Of a stretch of 64,000 bases of DNA, positions 1 to 8,627 are shown piece by piece. Location of the stretch: assembly GCF_055900595.2 (NCBI RefSeq), contig NZ_CM148325.1; one strand, written 5' to 3'. The first letter of the stretch is position 1; each line of letters starts with the position of its first letter. Below the pieces are notes generated by a model, which saw only the letters and a program-made list of their open reading frames with translations, was not told the DNA's origin and searched no databases. A program made the translations under genes and the position numbers.

Positions 1-586
1 TGGTTCTTGATTCCTTTAATGGCGAGATCCCCTTAAACGGATTATCTGGCAGGTAACCGTTATCAACACCAAACTGGAACACGGCGTTAAGATTTGTCAT
101 GTAATTATTTACAGTTACAGCCGATCTCCCTGGTTGTGTAACAATATAGTTACTTTTGGGGATCTGGTATCCAGTCAGTAGCTCTTTACGAACCTCCAGT
201 AATTTTTCTTTATTAATCGATGAGGCAAGATTTTTTTCACCGATTATGCTCAGGATATTTTTGATGACGGCACGGTATGTGTTGAGTGATGTTTTGGCGA
301 CTTCAGTTTCTTTCAGTGCCAGAAATTTTTCAGCCAGTTCTTTTATGGTTAAATCTTGTCGGGCCTCACCAAATTTTTCCAGATTGCGTGAGGAGGGAAA
401 CTGTTTTGCATAGTCGAAAACACCAGTTTTTATTGCGTAACAAACAGAGGCGCGTAGTTCACCTGCAACGCGCCTGTTTTTTGCTGTGTCAGGAACCCCC
501 AGATTTTCCCTGACTCTTACGCCTTTATAAACAAACCAGATACGTAATTTCCCTCCATGGTTTTCCACGCCTGTCGGATATTTCAT
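1..586 (-). CDS. Phage integrase, N-terminal part (gene continues past the window start)
   Basis: Minus-strand frame open from ATG at 584-586 to the window edge; translation MKYPTGVENHGGKLRIWFVYKGVRVRENLG... resembles the arm-binding N-domain of lambdoid tyrosine integrases; adjacent to xis. Confidence 0.8.
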   Translation of the reverse strand, partial: MKYPTGVENHGGKLRIWFVYKGVRVRENLGVPDTAKNRRVAGELRASVCYAIKTGVFDYAKQFPSSRNLEKFGEARQDLTIKELAEKFLALKETEVAKTSLNTYRAVIKNILSIIGEKNLASSINKEKLLEVRKELLTGYQIPKSNYIVTQPGRSAVTVNNYMTNLNAVFQFGVDNGYLPDNPFKGISPLKESRT

Positions 587-620
587 TTCAACCTCTCTCA
601 TTAGTTAGTGTGGCTTTTAG

Positions 621-872
621 TCAAGTAAGATGACGTCTTGGTCTCGCTGATGCCTGGCGCTCAATCCAGCGATCAATTTCTTCCAGGTTGTAAAAGCATG
701 GACTGTTATCCCATGGCATACCGTCATGAGCGACATGCTTATATTCCCTTCCTTCCATAAACGATTTTTCCCGGGCCTTTTTTAACGTACCTTTTTTTAT
801 TCCTTTCAGCGCAATTAACTGCTCTTCGGATACCCATTTGCCGGGAGAGACAATCATGATTACTTCGCTCAT
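621..872 (-). CDS. Excisionase-like protein
   Basis: 83-aa ORF directly upstream of int on the same strand; small basic protein typical of prophage Xis. Confidence 0.7.
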   Translation of the reverse strand: MSEVIMIVSPGKWVSEEQLIALKGIKKGTLKKAREKSFMEGREYKHVAHDGMPWDNSPCFYNLEEIDRWIERQASARPRRHLT

Positions 873-944
873 CGATTTCTTTATCTCTTACATCAGACGA
901 GCGCCGGTTGCAGAATACCAGTCACAACCGGCGACAGTTGAACA

Positions 945-3416
945 TTAAGAATCAGCCTGACTCGGGATCAGTTTTTGCCAGATAACTGAAACGTATTTTG
1001 CCTGGTAACGGGCGTCATCAAGTGCATTATGCCGCTCACCTTCGAATGGAATAGCCGTTCTGGCATCGAAGTCTATGGCTTTCCCCAGCTCAACGATTGT
1101 GCGTACATCGCGATCGTTGTAGTAACGCCACGGGCAGGGGATCCCCTGCCGTTCGTATGAACGGCGCAAAATCGTGTTGTCGAAGTTGGCTCCATTTCCC
1201 CAGACCTGAACAAAAAATTCACCGGAGTTTTCGTCGATAAATTCCCGCAATTGTAACAGTGCATCATCTAACGGGATTTCATCGGTCATAATGGCAGACT
1301 GCGCTTCACGTGATTGCTTCAGCCACCATTTAATGACGTCACGATCAATGACTCCGCCAGCAGTATTCAGATCTATGGTCTTGCTAAATTCCGGTCCCAT
1401 ATCTCCGGTTTGTGGATCGAAAAATATTGCGCCTATTGAGATAATCGGGGCATCAGGATTTTTTCCCATGGTTTCAAGGTCGATCATTAGATGGTCACAC
1501 GTCCTGCTGGTGGATGTGATAACGTGATGACCGTTCACCGTAATTAAGGGATCTGCCGTCTCGCCAGTTTCACTATCGCTGGCGTGATCCTGAGCGCTGC
1601 CAGCATTCTCCTTGTGTGGATGTTCAGCGCCTTCCATTTTCTCCGAATCGTCTTCCTGAACTTCAACCTGGTTCTTGTCATCGAATGTTTCCTGGTATGT
1701 TGCGTCGCCCATCACCGCACCACATTCAGGGCAGTTGCCGCCGCCGGTCTGACCGTAGGCGGTGCAGATTTTTTCCGCTTCCTGTTGCGCTACTGGCTCA
1801 GGTTGTTTCGTTTCTGGCTCGTTTTGTAACGCATTTGGGCTGTTTTGTTCCGCTTTCTGGTCGTTCTGTTCCGTTTCTTGCTGGTTCTGGTTCACTGAAT
1901 CGCGGGTTTCAATCCCCTTCACCCATTTCGGATCATTCGGATCGCTAATCCCTGCAACAAATTCACCACGTGATACAGCAAGCAACTGATTGGCGTCAGG
2001 CTGGCTGATATTGGCTGCCTGCATAATTTTGTTTACTTCGTCAGCGGTAATTTTTACCGGCTCTGGTTGTGCGGTCGTGTCAGATGCACCAGTATTTTGT
2101 TGTGAACCTGAGTATGTACCGTTTTTGCGGGCGAAATATTCTTCTTTCGTGATTTCAGTAGCCCCGGCAGCCAGCGCCTTATCCAGACCAGAAAGTTTGT
2201 TTGCGCGACCGTATTTTTCGCCATCCTTGTCGGTAAAGAGGAAGTAGAACGGCCCCTCACGCTCTACAGATGGTTCGACTTCCACTTTGCATTCAGTTTT
2301 TTCGTTGCCCGGAATTGCCGTTTCCACTGCATCAGTTTCTGGTACTGGCGACGAGAGAGTATCAGTTGCGCTCTGATTTGTTCCTTCATCTTCAAACACG
2401 CCCTTTGTAGTCAGGTATTTAGTAATGTATTTGTTCAGTGCCACAGGGTCTTTGTGAATGTCGATCGGACGTTCACGGACAAGGCCAAAAATAGTCTGGC
2501 GGTCGTAGCGAAGGGCATCAGGCTGTTTGCGCATTGATGCCGAGATACGCTTCCAGTCTTCGCGGTCGTTGTCGATAACTTCATTTTTTGCCCAGCGATG
2601 GATGCTGCCGTCAATGTTTCCGGCATCCACATCACCAGGCCAGAGAGCGTAGGCCAGTTCGTCATCCAGTGTTTTCCATGTCTGCTTGTATTCGCGATGA
2701 GTGGCAGCAATGACCGGGTTGATTTTTCCTGTTGAATTTTCAGTGTGCTGTTGATTGGCTCTGGCGCGGGCGAGATCAACAACAGACGTGTATTTTCCGG
2801 TTTCCTTGCGTTCATTTTCGCGACGTTTTTTCCAGATGCGCATCTCTGCCTGAATTTCGGGCCATTTAGCTCCAGGATTACATTTATGTTTAACCCACCC
2901 GATGGCATGCAGCTTAAGCTCCGGATACATGGCGTTAACTTCTGGCATTTTCATCAACGCTTCAACGATATGTCCGTCGAATGTTGCCATGTCTTCCTGC
3001 AACAATTCCTGCGCGCTAATCACCATATCAACGGTGATGTTTTCACATGTGTCGAACTTAACCATGACAGCGTTCTGTACTTCAGGGGCCAGCTTGTCAA
3101 AAGTGACGTTCATCGGATCTGATTCAGTCTCAACCGGGACAAAGGAAGCAGACTCCTCATCCCAGCGGTTTTCCTGCATATATTCAGCATCCCAGGAATC
3201 GAGGGCAGGGCGGGGTATACCGGGTTTATCCTCGCAAACAAGAAATTTATAAGCGCAGTCCTGAGCAACCGGATAATGTTCCAGGAATTGCCAGTGAAAT
3301 TTTGCGCGGGCGCGACGTTCATCACCGGCTTCAATGGCAGTGGCTACAGCGATTGCACCTTCTTCCTTTATTGCCTGTTCGTCCGGAATGGCGGCGCAAA
3401 TAAAGACTTTACTCAT
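945..3416 (-). CDS. Exonuclease-like early protein (823 aa) with C-terminal DnaQ/DEDDh-type 3'-5' exonuclease domain
   Basis: C-terminal motifs HLMIDLETMG, GANFDNTIL and HNALDDARYQAKY; central CPECG zinc-ribbon-like motif; Q/E-rich linker; position equivalent to lambda exo region. Confidence 0.75.
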   Translation of the reverse strand: MSKVFICAAIPDEQAIKEEGAIAVATAIEAGDERRARAKFHWQFLEHYPVAQDCAYKFLVCEDKPGIPRPALDSWDAEYMQENRWDEESASFVPVETESDPMNVTFDKLAPEVQNAVMVKFDTCENITVDMVISAQELLQEDMATFDGHIVEALMKMPEVNAMYPELKLHAIGWVKHKCNPGAKWPEIQAEMRIWKKRRENERKETGKYTSVVDLARARANQQHTENSTGKINPVIAATHREYKQTWKTLDDELAYALWPGDVDAGNIDGSIHRWAKNEVIDNDREDWKRISASMRKQPDALRYDRQTIFGLVRERPIDIHKDPVALNKYITKYLTTKGVFEDEGTNQSATDTLSSPVPETDAVETAIPGNEKTECKVEVEPSVEREGPFYFLFTDKDGEKYGRANKLSGLDKALAAGATEITKEEYFARKNGTYSGSQQNTGASDTTAQPEPVKITADEVNKIMQAANISQPDANQLLAVSRGEFVAGISDPNDPKWVKGIETRDSVNQNQQETEQNDQKAEQNSPNALQNEPETKQPEPVAQQEAEKICTAYGQTGGGNCPECGAVMGDATYQETFDDKNQVEVQEDDSEKMEGAEHPHKENAGSAQDHASDSETGETADPLITVNGHHVITSTSRTCDHLMIDLETMGKNPDAPIISIGAIFFDPQTGDMGPEFSKTIDLNTAGGVIDRDVIKWWLKQSREAQSAIMTDEIPLDDALLQLREFIDENSGEFFVQVWGNGANFDNTILRRSYERQGIPCPWRYYNDRDVRTIVELGKAIDFDARTAIPFEGERHNALDDARYQAKYVSVIWQKLIPSQADS

Positions 3417-3509
3417 TTTGTTTTAACCTCATGACAGATTTAAGGGTGAACAAATCCCTGCCATTGCTGGCATATAAGAATGAAATCGGATGTTTATTAC
3501 GGAACTGTT

Positions 3510-3701
3510 TTAAAGACCTGCCGGGATTTCGTTATTATCCTGGTGAATAACTTTATCGACAGGGTAACAGTTACCGGGAATTTTCTGTTCGGTTGCTGCA
3601 GTCACACACTCCTGCATTGTCCTGTGAACACTGACTGCAATATCAACTGGTTCTCCGGAAACAAGAAAAACTGTCAGAACAAGTGCAAATGCTGTATTCA
3701 T
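3510..3701 (-). CDS. ydfD: YdfD-like small protein (Qin-type)
   Basis: 63 aa from the internal start MNTAFALVLTVFLVSGEPVD...; hydrophobic N-terminus; directly downstream of dicB. Confidence 0.6.
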   Translation of the reverse strand: MNTAFALVLTVFLVSGEPVDIAVSVHRTMQECVTAATEQKIPGNCYPVDKVIHQDNNEIPAGL

Positions 3702-3886
3702 TGCCAGCATCCTTTTTGTATCGGACGTAAACGGGCCAGCATTGAAAGAATGCATACTTTATTTAATAGCTCCCGTTCTTGTTTTCTCTTGTTAATGGCA
3801 TCTTCAGTAAATACTGGGTTACTGATAGTGACACCAATTTCAAAACAACCTTCAGACGTATTAACGTTTGGTAATAACGTTTTCAT
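3698..3886 (-). CDS. dicB: Cell division inhibitor DicB
   Basis: 62 aa MKTLLPNVNTSEGCFEIGVTISNPVFTEDAINKRKQERELL... closely matches DicB as I recall it; GAGGA RBS 7 nt upstream; downstream of DicF. Confidence 0.8.
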   Translation of the reverse strand: MKTLLPNVNTSEGCFEIGVTISNPVFTEDAINKRKQERELLNKVCILSMLARLRPIQKGCWQ

Positions 3887-4057
3887 TATCGCGTCCTCAA
3901 CAATGAATTTTGTGATGCAGTGCCTGGTGCCTCCAGGTGACGTTAACCAGTTAACAATTAACGTCGGATACAGAGAATCCACCCATAACACTGTTTTTGG
4001 TTTTAACTGTTCCGCGTGCGCTCAGCCGCATTCACCGCATCACAAAATTCACTTTAA

Positions 4058-4113
4058 AAACGGCGGCAGAGCAGTCACGGAGTAAAACTGATACCGCTAA
4101 ACGTCACCAGAAA
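4058..4113 (-). ncRNA. dicF: DicF small RNA (ftsZ-targeting sRNA of Qin-type prophages)
   Basis: Minus-strand sequence ttttctggtgacgtttagcggtatcagttttactccgtgactgctctgccgccg followed by a T-run; near-identical to DicF as I recall it. Confidence 0.8.
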
Positions 4114-4372
4114 ATTGATAACAGAGGGCGTTGCAGCGGGGTTGTCACTTAAGCGTATGGTCAACCTGACAACCCGGTGTCCTCAACGGGGAAGGAATAA
4201 CCCCGCCATACTTACCGCCGCGCCATTTCGCGGGTTGCCACAACCGGAAGCGCACGGTCGAATTAAATTTAACGACACCGTACAGTGAGACGAACTTCGC
4301 CGTGCGCTTTCGTGTTGTGTGCCTGCTTTTAACCACGTCAGGCGAGGTGGTATCCTTAAAATCACCACAGTT

Positions 4373-4948
4373 TTAAGGATTCATTAAGCAATGTCGCAAC
4401 CACCAATAAATCCGCTTAAGAACATGAAAATTGATTACTGGTATAAAGCGCTTACAGTTGTTGGCGCTGCGTTGTTTGTCTTTAATGGAACGTCTTTTTT
4501 TGACAGATATTCCGTTGTTCCATTGGGTTTTTTGTCCTCCGGCATCTTTTTTATTGGTTTGGGGGAGTGGATTAATCACCCTCTCAAAGTGAGATTTATT
4601 GGTCCTGGAGTTTGGACTCGTGGATATAATCGTTCTTCGTGCGCACTCGGTATCATCTTCGACATACTTGGTTGTTTCCTGATTGTTACAGGAGTCGTCA
4701 AGTTCTTCTGATGTAAAACCGCAAATGGGGCACGTAACGGGAATTTTGAAAAGCGTTTCTCCGGGTTCCAGAACAAAATTTTCTGCGGTCTGATTTTGCT
4801 TCTCATATTTGTGCTCCGCGTCATTGTGAGAGCACATTCTTATTCTGAGGGCCTGTTTAAACTCACTGAAGCTGAGAGCTTCTTCGCCTTCGGCAAGGCC
4901 TTCGAAGTATTCTTCGTAAGCCTTTTCCATGATTGTGTCGAAATCCAT
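4373..4948 (-). CDS. Early-left ORF, YdfB/YdfC-like region (3' boundary uncertain)
   Basis: Acidic N-terminal part MDFDTIMEKAYEEYFEGLAEGEE... looks protein-like; C-terminal half is low-complexity and overlaps the plus-strand membrane ORF. Confidence 0.35.
   Translation of the reverse strand: MDFDTIMEKAYEEYFEGLAEGEEALSFSEFKQALRIRMCSHNDAEHKYEKQNQTAENFVLEPGETLFKIPVTCPICGFTSEELDDSCNNQETTKYVEDDTECARRTIISTSPNSRTNKSHFERVINPLPQTNKKDAGGQKTQWNNGISVKKRRSIKDKQRSANNCKRFIPVINFHVLKRIYWWLRHCLMNP
4391..4711 (+). CDS. Putative small membrane protein (3 predicted TM helices), opposite strand to the early-left operon
   Basis: 106-aa ORF with AAGGA RBS about 8 nt upstream of the ATG; hydrophobic segments ALTVVGAALFVF, VVPLGFLSSGIFFIGLGEWI, ALGIIFDILGCFLIVTGVV. 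Confidence 0.45.
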   Translation: MSQPPINPLKNMKIDYWYKALTVVGAALFVFNGTSFFDRYSVVPLGFLSSGIFFIGLGEWINHPLKVRFIGPGVWTRGYNRSSCALGIIFDILGCFLIVTGVVKFF

Positions 4949-4949
4949 A

Positions 4950-5105
4950 TCACTCACCTGAGTTTCTTTCCAGCCAGCGACGGGCACCATTTTCGGTTTT
5001 AAACGTTTTGCTTTTGGTATACGTCATCGCGGTGAACGTGCCGTCCTGGTTGGGAAACACGCCGTACACCAGAGATTCGCTGTTGCCAAGATCGATAGTA
5101 TCCAT
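4950..5105 (-). CDS. ydfA: YdfA-like small protein (first gene of early-left operon)
   Basis: 51 aa MDTIDLGNSESLVYGVFPNQDGTFTAMTYTKSKTFKTENGARRWLERNSGE with GAGG RBS; size and position match Qin ydfA. Confidence 0.55.
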   Translation of the reverse strand: MDTIDLGNSESLVYGVFPNQDGTFTAMTYTKSKTFKTENGARRWLERNSGE

Positions 5106-5311
5106 GCTGACCTCATTTCCCCTTAACGCCGGGGTAGCGGAACAAAAACCTGCTGCATAGTTATTAAAGTTGAACCCTGCCGTCATGTTCTTACGCCTCG
5201 GGCTGGCTACTTAACCCCTGACCACTGCCTGGTAACTCGACGTATTGCCCTGCATTCTGTGGGGCGGGGTGAGGGAATGAATGAAGTTTAGAAAAATGAA
5301 CATTTAAGGTC

Positions 5312-5333
5312 AATGTTTTTTTATCAAAACATT
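5312..5333. promoter_or_regulatory. Candidate left operator: palindrome AATGTTTT-N6-AAAACATT
   Basis: Inverted repeat in the cI-distal intergenic region; same half-site recurs next to the cI start; an extra AACATT half-site lies at 5299-5304. Confidence 0.35.
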
Positions 5334-5397
5334 TTAAGCAGGCAGCTGTTACGCCATCACTACGATGGCATACAGTTAATCAAATAGATGAGGTTGG

Positions 5398-6036
5398 TTA
5401 AATATCTTTTTGAATTTTAAAGCATACTCCCAATATGCAAGATAGATCATCCAGCATAATTGAAGGGTAGCGAGGATTCGTGGGGACTAAAAGAATATCC
5501 GGCCCTTCTATCTCCAGTTTGCGAATGACAGGCGTTGTGGTCCCTTTGGGTAAGGCAAGGACAATATTTCCTGGTTGTACGATTCGATCGGGATCAACAA
5601 AAACTGTTGAACCATTTGGGATGGAAACTCCACCACCAGATGTCGACATACTGTCACTCTCTAGAACAACAGCAAAGGTATTGGCCGGGATTTCTCCGAC
5701 AAGCTGCACACAAGAGGTTATTGAGGAATTTTTCATATAATCACTCCAGCTTGCTGCCTGCTGAAGTGATAGTAGCGGAACCGTTTTTATCGGCGGTAAA
5801 GATAGATCAAGCGAATCACCTGTATTTAACTCTCCTCCATTAAGAAGCCAATTTTCGTTTACTTTCAATATCTTTGCCAGTGAGCTTATGTAACGCGAGG
5901 ACGGCGCTCCTCCACCGTTCATCCATTGACTTACGGAGCCTTTTGATGCGCCAGTGGCATTGACAAGGTCTTTGCCTTTCAAGTTTAGCGCATGCATACG
6001 TTGGGTTATGCGTTCAGATATTGTTTGCTTGTTCAT
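5398..6036 (-). CDS. CI-like prophage repressor (HTH plus S24 LexA-like autopeptidase domain)
   Basis: 212 aa; N-terminal HTH region (LKGKDLVNATGASKGSVSQWMNG), C-terminal S24-like region; divergent from the cro-like gene. Confidence 0.85.
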   Translation of the reverse strand: MNKQTISERITQRMHALNLKGKDLVNATGASKGSVSQWMNGGGAPSSRYISSLAKILKVNENWLLNGGELNTGDSLDLSLPPIKTVPLLSLQQAASWSDYMKNSSITSCVQLVGEIPANTFAVVLESDSMSTSGGGVSIPNGSTVFVDPDRIVQPGNIVLALPKGTTTPVIRKLEIEGPDILLVPTNPRYPSIMLDDLSCILGVCFKIQKDI

Positions 6037-6054
6037 GTTTTGATTTTAAAACAC
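6034..6054. promoter_or_regulatory. Candidate right operator: ATGTTTT-N6-AAAACA palindrome
   Basis: Same half-sites as 5312-5333, located between cI and cro. Confidence 0.3.
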
Positions 6055-6069
6055 AGATGGTTTTGTTTC

Positions 6070-6099
6070 TTGACTTTCTTTGGTTTTGATTATTAAACT
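6070..6099 (+). promoter_or_regulatory. Candidate PR promoter (-35 TTGACT, -10 TAAACT, 18-bp spacer)
   Basis: Sigma70-like hexamers upstream of the cro-like gene with GGAG RBS at 6118-6121. Confidence 0.4.
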
Positions 6100-6128
6100 T
6101 TTGGCGTTCAGTTTTATGGAGCGAATCA

Positions 6129-6370
6129 TGAAAAAATCAGAAGTATTAGGCTATTTTGGCGGAGTTGTTAAAACAGCCGCCGCTCTAGGAACGTCAAAAA
6201 CCACAGTCAGCATGTGGGGGGAAGACGTTCCGTGGAAATGGGCGTTGCTAATTCAGGCAGTCACTGCCGGGGCGCTCAAATATGAGTTACACATACCGAC
6301 GGTTGTCATTCCCGGTTCTGATCATAATCCGCCTTCTAACCAAGGGGGGATTCATGAAAATCAAGCATGA
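6129..6370 (+). CDS. Cro-like HTH regulator
   Basis: MKKSEVLGYFGGVVKTAAALGTSKTTVSMWGEDVPW... small HTH protein divergent from cI. Confidence 0.75.
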
Positions 6371-6779
6371 ACACATCCGCATGGCGATGAATGCCTGGGC
6401 ACGTCCTGATGGCGAAAAAGTTCCGGCAGCTGGAATAACCCAGGCTTATTTTGAGTTGGGTATGACGTTTCCTAAACTGTACGACGACAGCCATCCGGAA
6501 GCCCTGGCTCGCAATACCCAGAAAATTTTCCGCTGGATAGAGAAAGACACCCCTGATGCAGTTGAAAAAATTCAGGCGTTGTTACCAGCGATCGAAAAGG
6601 CAATGCCACCTTTGCTGGTGGCCAGAATGCGCAGCCACAGTTCAGCTTATTTTCGGGAGCTGGTGGAGACGCGGGAGCGACTGGTGAGAGACGCTGATGA
6701 TTTTGTCGCAGTGGCAATCGCCGGTTTCAATCAGATGAACCGTGGTGGCCCGGCTGGAAATGCTGTGGCAGTACATTGA
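6354..6779 (+). CDS. CII-like / YdaT-family regulatory protein
   Basis: 141 aa starting MKIKHEHIRMAMNAWARPDGEK with a G-rich RBS; overlaps the end of cro. Confidence 0.6.
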   Translation: MKIKHEHIRMAMNAWARPDGEKVPAAGITQAYFELGMTFPKLYDDSHPEALARNTQKIFRWIEKDTPDAVEKIQALLPAIEKAMPPLLVARMRSHSSAYFRELVETRERLVRDADDFVAVAIAGFNQMNRGGPAGNAVAVH

Positions 6780-6850
6780 CTGACAATAGCCATATCGAAT
6801 CGCTTCCGGCAACTCGTGAGTAAAAAGATTCGGTATCAGAAGAGGTGAGT

Positions 6851-7921
6851 ATGGCTAACGCCTGGCTCAGATTATGGCATGACATGCCAAATGACCCTAA
6901 GTGGCGAACAATTGCCAGGGTGTCAGGGCAGCCAATTGCAACAGTGATGGCAGTGTATATCCACCTCCTGGTGAGCGCGTCACGAAATGTCACGCGAGGT
7001 CACATTGATGTCACGACAGAAGATTTGGCAAGTGCGCTCGACGTGACAGAAGAGGTAATTGATTCAATTTTGCAGACGATGCAGGGGCGGGTACTTGATG
7101 GTGATTTAATCACTGGATGGGAAAAACGCCAGGTGCTGAAAGAGGACAACGGTAATATTTCGCAAACCGCAAAATCTCCGGCAGAGCGCAAGAGGGCGCA
7201 GCGAGAGAGGGAAAGAAAGCGGGAACAAAATGGCGATTGTCACGGCGAGTCACGAAATGTCACGCACATGTCACGACGAGTCACGACAGATAAAGATACA
7301 GATAAAGATACAGATCAAGAAGATCAAAACACTATGGTCCATGGCGTAAAAAACGCCGCGAACCAGGCAGGGGATGTTCAGACCGTCAATCTTGGTCAGC
7401 CAGCAGGCACGACACCGGAAGCCGATTCAGCGTATGCGCTGAAAGCCGATTCGGGCGCTGTGCAGCAGGTGATGACCGCAAGGCAGGAGCAATCACACCA
7501 ACTTCAGCAGCCTGAAGCCGATTCCGCCATTCAGCGGGAAGCCGATCGGGTAGTCCCGGAAAACACCGGGCAGCCTGTGGGACGAGTGGATTATCCTGAT
7601 GTGTTCGAACAGGTCTGGCGGGAATACCCGTTGCGTGCCGGGGCAAACCCGAAGAAATCCGCTTTCAGTGCCTGGAAGGCCAGATTACGCGAGGGGGTGC
7701 CACCAGAGGCCATGCTGGATGGCGTGAGGCGTTACGCAAGATACCTGGCGGCTACCGGGAAAACGGGAACGGAATTTGTTCAGCGAGCGACGACGTTTTT
7801 TGGACCGGACCGGAATTTTGAAAACCCCTGGTTGCTCCCGGTAAGCGGTACGAACAACCAGCGTTGTGTGAATCATATTTCTGAACCGGATACCGAAATT
7901 CCACCGGGCTTCAGGGGGTAA
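6851..7921 (+). CDS. Replication initiation protein (O-like, DUF1376/YdaU-type N-terminus) containing origin iterons
   Basis: N-terminal MANAWLRLWHDMPNDPKWRTIARVSG...; GAGG RBS; two clusters of GTCACG repeats inside the gene. Confidence 0.7.
   Translation: MANAWLRLWHDMPNDPKWRTIARVSGQPIATVMAVYIHLLVSASRNVTRGHIDVTTEDLASALDVTEEVIDSILQTMQGRVLDGDLITGWEKRQVLKEDNGNISQTAKSPAERKRAQRERERKREQNGDCHGESRNVTHMSRRVTTDKDTDKDTDQEDQNTMVHGVKNAANQAGDVQTVNLGQPAGTTPEADSAYALKADSGAVQQVMTARQEQSHQLQQPEADSAIQREADRVVPENTGQPVGRVDYPDVFEQVWREYPLRAGANPKKSAFSAWKARLREGVPPEAMLDGVRRYARYLAATGKTGTEFVQRATTFFGPDRNFENPWLLPVSGTNNQRCVNHISEPDTEIPPGFRG
6979..7019. repeat. Iteron cluster 1 (GTCACG-type repeats at about 10-bp phasing)
   Basis: gtcacgaaatgtcacgcgaggtcacattgatgtcacgacag. 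Confidence 0.7.
7239..7315. repeat. Iteron cluster 2 plus adjacent tandem repeat gataaagataca x2
   Basis: gtcacggcgagtcacgaaatgtcacgcacatgtcacgacgagtcacgacag, then ataaagatacagataaagatacagat; the 16-mer tcacgaaatgtcacgc is shared exactly with cluster 1. Confidence 0.7.
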
Positions 7922-7961
7922 GTGTGTATTTCAGGTCATGAGGTAATTTTCAGGAGGACTT

Positions 7962-8387
7962 GTGGCAAAAGTTTTTACACAAGAAGAGCGAGAAAAAATT
8001 AAGGGGCAGGTTGTTGAACTTGTACGTCTGAGTGGTCGCGAGACGTTACGGGCTCTGGAGGCTAAAACCGGTGCATCAAGGTATTACATAAGCACTCTCG
8101 CCAGAGAGCTGGTTGCCAGCGGCGATGTATACAACTCTGGTTACGGATTATTCCCGTCTGAACAGGCTCGTAAGGACTGGCAAAATGCCCGCAAAAAACT
8201 CTCAAGGGCAAAGCTGAAGAAAAAAACATCTGTGGTTGATCCGGACCTTATCTGGTCATTACCTGACGGAGAAATACGTCGCTACGACAGTCGTCTAAAC
8301 ATAATCTGTCGCGAGTGCCGGAAGAGCGAAGTTATGCAGCGCATACTGGCATTTTATCAGGGAAATGTTTGGTATTTATTGAAATGA
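7962..8387 (+). CDS. Hypothetical phage protein (possible HTH), replication-module position
   Basis: 141-aa ORF with GTG start 4 nt after AGGAGG; no recognisable catalytic motif. Confidence 0.5.
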   Translation: MAKVFTQEEREKIKGQVVELVRLSGRETLRALEAKTGASRYYISTLARELVASGDVYNSGYGLFPSEQARKDWQNARKKLSRAKLKKKTSVVDPDLIWSLPDGEIRRYDSRLNIICRECRKSEVMQRILAFYQGNVWYLLK

Positions 8388-8595
8388 CGAGATTAAAGAG
8401 CATTAGTTCAGATATTAATTGACACTTCGGTTGCATAAGACTAGAACTAGTGTGATTGGCATCTTTGTACCAAAAACGGACATTACAGTGTATGGTTAAT
8501 TCTGCCTGTCAAATAACTTACATTCATCAAATGATCGAAATTATGACTTAGCTCAACAATTAGGTTTAGCATGGGTCATATGACTAGAGTGTAGC

Positions 8596-8612
8596 AACTT
8601 TCTGCTATAATT
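8596..8612 (+). promoter_or_regulatory. Candidate extended -10 promoter (TGcTATAAT)
   Basis: ctgctataat upstream of the KTSC-like gene with AAGGA RBS. Confidence 0.4.
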
Positions 8613-8627
8613 TAATAAGGATAAAAA

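Noticed and set aside
3480-4085. 201-aa plus-strand Cys-rich ORF
   Set aside because: Antisense to dicB, ydfD and DicF, which are strongly supported; odd composition and no RBS
4145-4368. Two short basic minus-strand ORFs upstream of DicF
   Set aside because: Region corresponds to the untranslated part of the dicB operon transcript; ORFs are highly basic with no RBS
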